A DNA stretch of 15,379 bases from Candidatus Dadabacteria bacterium (lineage in GTDB: Bacteria; Desulfobacterota_D; UBA1144; Nemesobacterales; CSP1-2), in NCBI GenBank assembly GCA_040289575.1, contig PSLL01000020.1:1-15379 (forward strand). The letters are read 5' to 3'. The first letter of the stretch is position 1. Each line of letters begins with the position of its first letter. Of the stretch, positions 14,793 to 15,379 are shown piece after piece. Made by a program: the position numbers and the translations under genes. The notes under the pieces were generated by a model. The model was not told where the DNA came from. It saw nothing but the letters and a program-made list of their open reading frames with translations, and did not search any database.

Positions 14793-15208
14793 GCTTGCCA
14801 GTTATCTAGCGTCAAACCATAACCCAGTGCTTGAATGCGTTTGTAGTGAGATAAATTTCCAGTTACTAAGGTTAAGCCATGCCGCAAAGCAATGGTGGCA
14901 ATCATCGGATCAGCGCGACCAATCGGTTGTCCTATTCGTTCTAAGTCCGCGTAGATTCGTCCGGCCAGCTCGGAGCTACGCAGATCCAGCGCCAGTAGCT
15001 TTACGCTTGAAAGCCCAGCTAGAAACCGCTGAATGCGATCCTCACGTTGAAGTTTGTGGAAACCTTTGACGATTTCCATAACGGTGATAGTAGATATAGT
15101 ATAGTGACCGAAGGCAGCGCGGTAAGCAGTGGCCTTAACTACTACGTTCTGGTTAATGCCTTTCAGAATCTCAGAAAAAATATCCGTGTCGAGTAATGAA
15201 TTATCCAC
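14789..15208 (-). CDS. vapC: Type II toxin-antitoxin VapC family PIN-domain toxin
   Basis: LLDTDIFS, ITVMEI, IGRADPMIA and LVTGNLSHY PIN motifs; GTG start overlapping the upstream ORF. Confidence 0.92.
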   Translation of the reverse strand: MDNSLLDTDIFSEILKGINQNVVVKATAYRAAFGHYTISTITVMEIVKGFHKLQREDRIQRFLAGLSSVKLLALDLRSSELAGRIYADLERIGQPIGRADPMIATIALRHGLTLVTGNLSHYKRIQALGYGLTLDNWQA

Positions 15209-15379
15209 CGGGTTGCCTCAGCGGATGCTCTTCACGAGCCCTCATTGCTAATTCAATGACCTGGTCTATTAACTCTGGTTCATGAGCAAACATTCCCAGA
15301 AAGGGATCATTCACCGCCTCAACCACTGCCAGTTGCTCGAGCATCTCTTTAATCAACTGCTCCAGAGTGCAGTGGCGGG
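15201..15379 (-). CDS. Putative cognate antitoxin, C-terminal part (5' end outside window)
   Basis: Open frame ...RHCTLEQLIKEMLEQLAVVEAVNDPFLGMFAHEPELIDQVIELAMRAREEHPLRQPGG* (TAA at 15203-15201) overlaps the vapC start by 8 nt; acidic tail. Not in the supplied ORF track. Confidence 0.75.
   Translation of the reverse strand, partial: RHCTLEQLIKEMLEQLAVVEAVNDPFLGMFAHEPELIDQVIELAMRAREEHPLRQPGG

Noticed and set aside
9203..15069. Remaining short overlapping ORFs in the track (e.g. 9203..9547, 10993..11205, 12272..12496, 13544..13750, 14286..14552, 14827..15069)
   Set aside because: They lie inside well-supported genes on the opposite strand and show no motifs.

Overview
Bacterial genomic window from a diderm; the GGGC-TM-basic protein tail suggests a Deltaproteobacteria/Dadabacteria-like lineage, which is only a guess. 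The left two-thirds is a nickel/cobalt acquisition locus: nikR, a HoxN/HupN/NixA (NiCoT) permease, a 76-aa peptide with 27 His, a His-motif TonB-dependent receptor with a NikR-like operator, a downstream seven-bladed SBBP surface protein and an interposed Tat-exported ferritin-like lipoprotein. The three uptake/surface genes (SBBP, TBDR, NiCoT) are each split in their 5' part by one frameshift in a homopolymer (G8, T8, A5C4), while the other long genes read through intact. This is either phase variation/decay of metal import or homopolymer sequencing error. The right part holds a Tyr-ligated MauG/MbnH-type di-heme enzyme divergent from nikR, a small FPASDPPAW peptide, a tandem SagB/ThcOx nitroreductase-fold protein, a probable MBL-hydrolase gene stump, a GNAT, an acyl-CoA ligase and a VapC toxin with a truncated upstream antitoxin. 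All family calls come from recognising motifs by eye, not from database searches.
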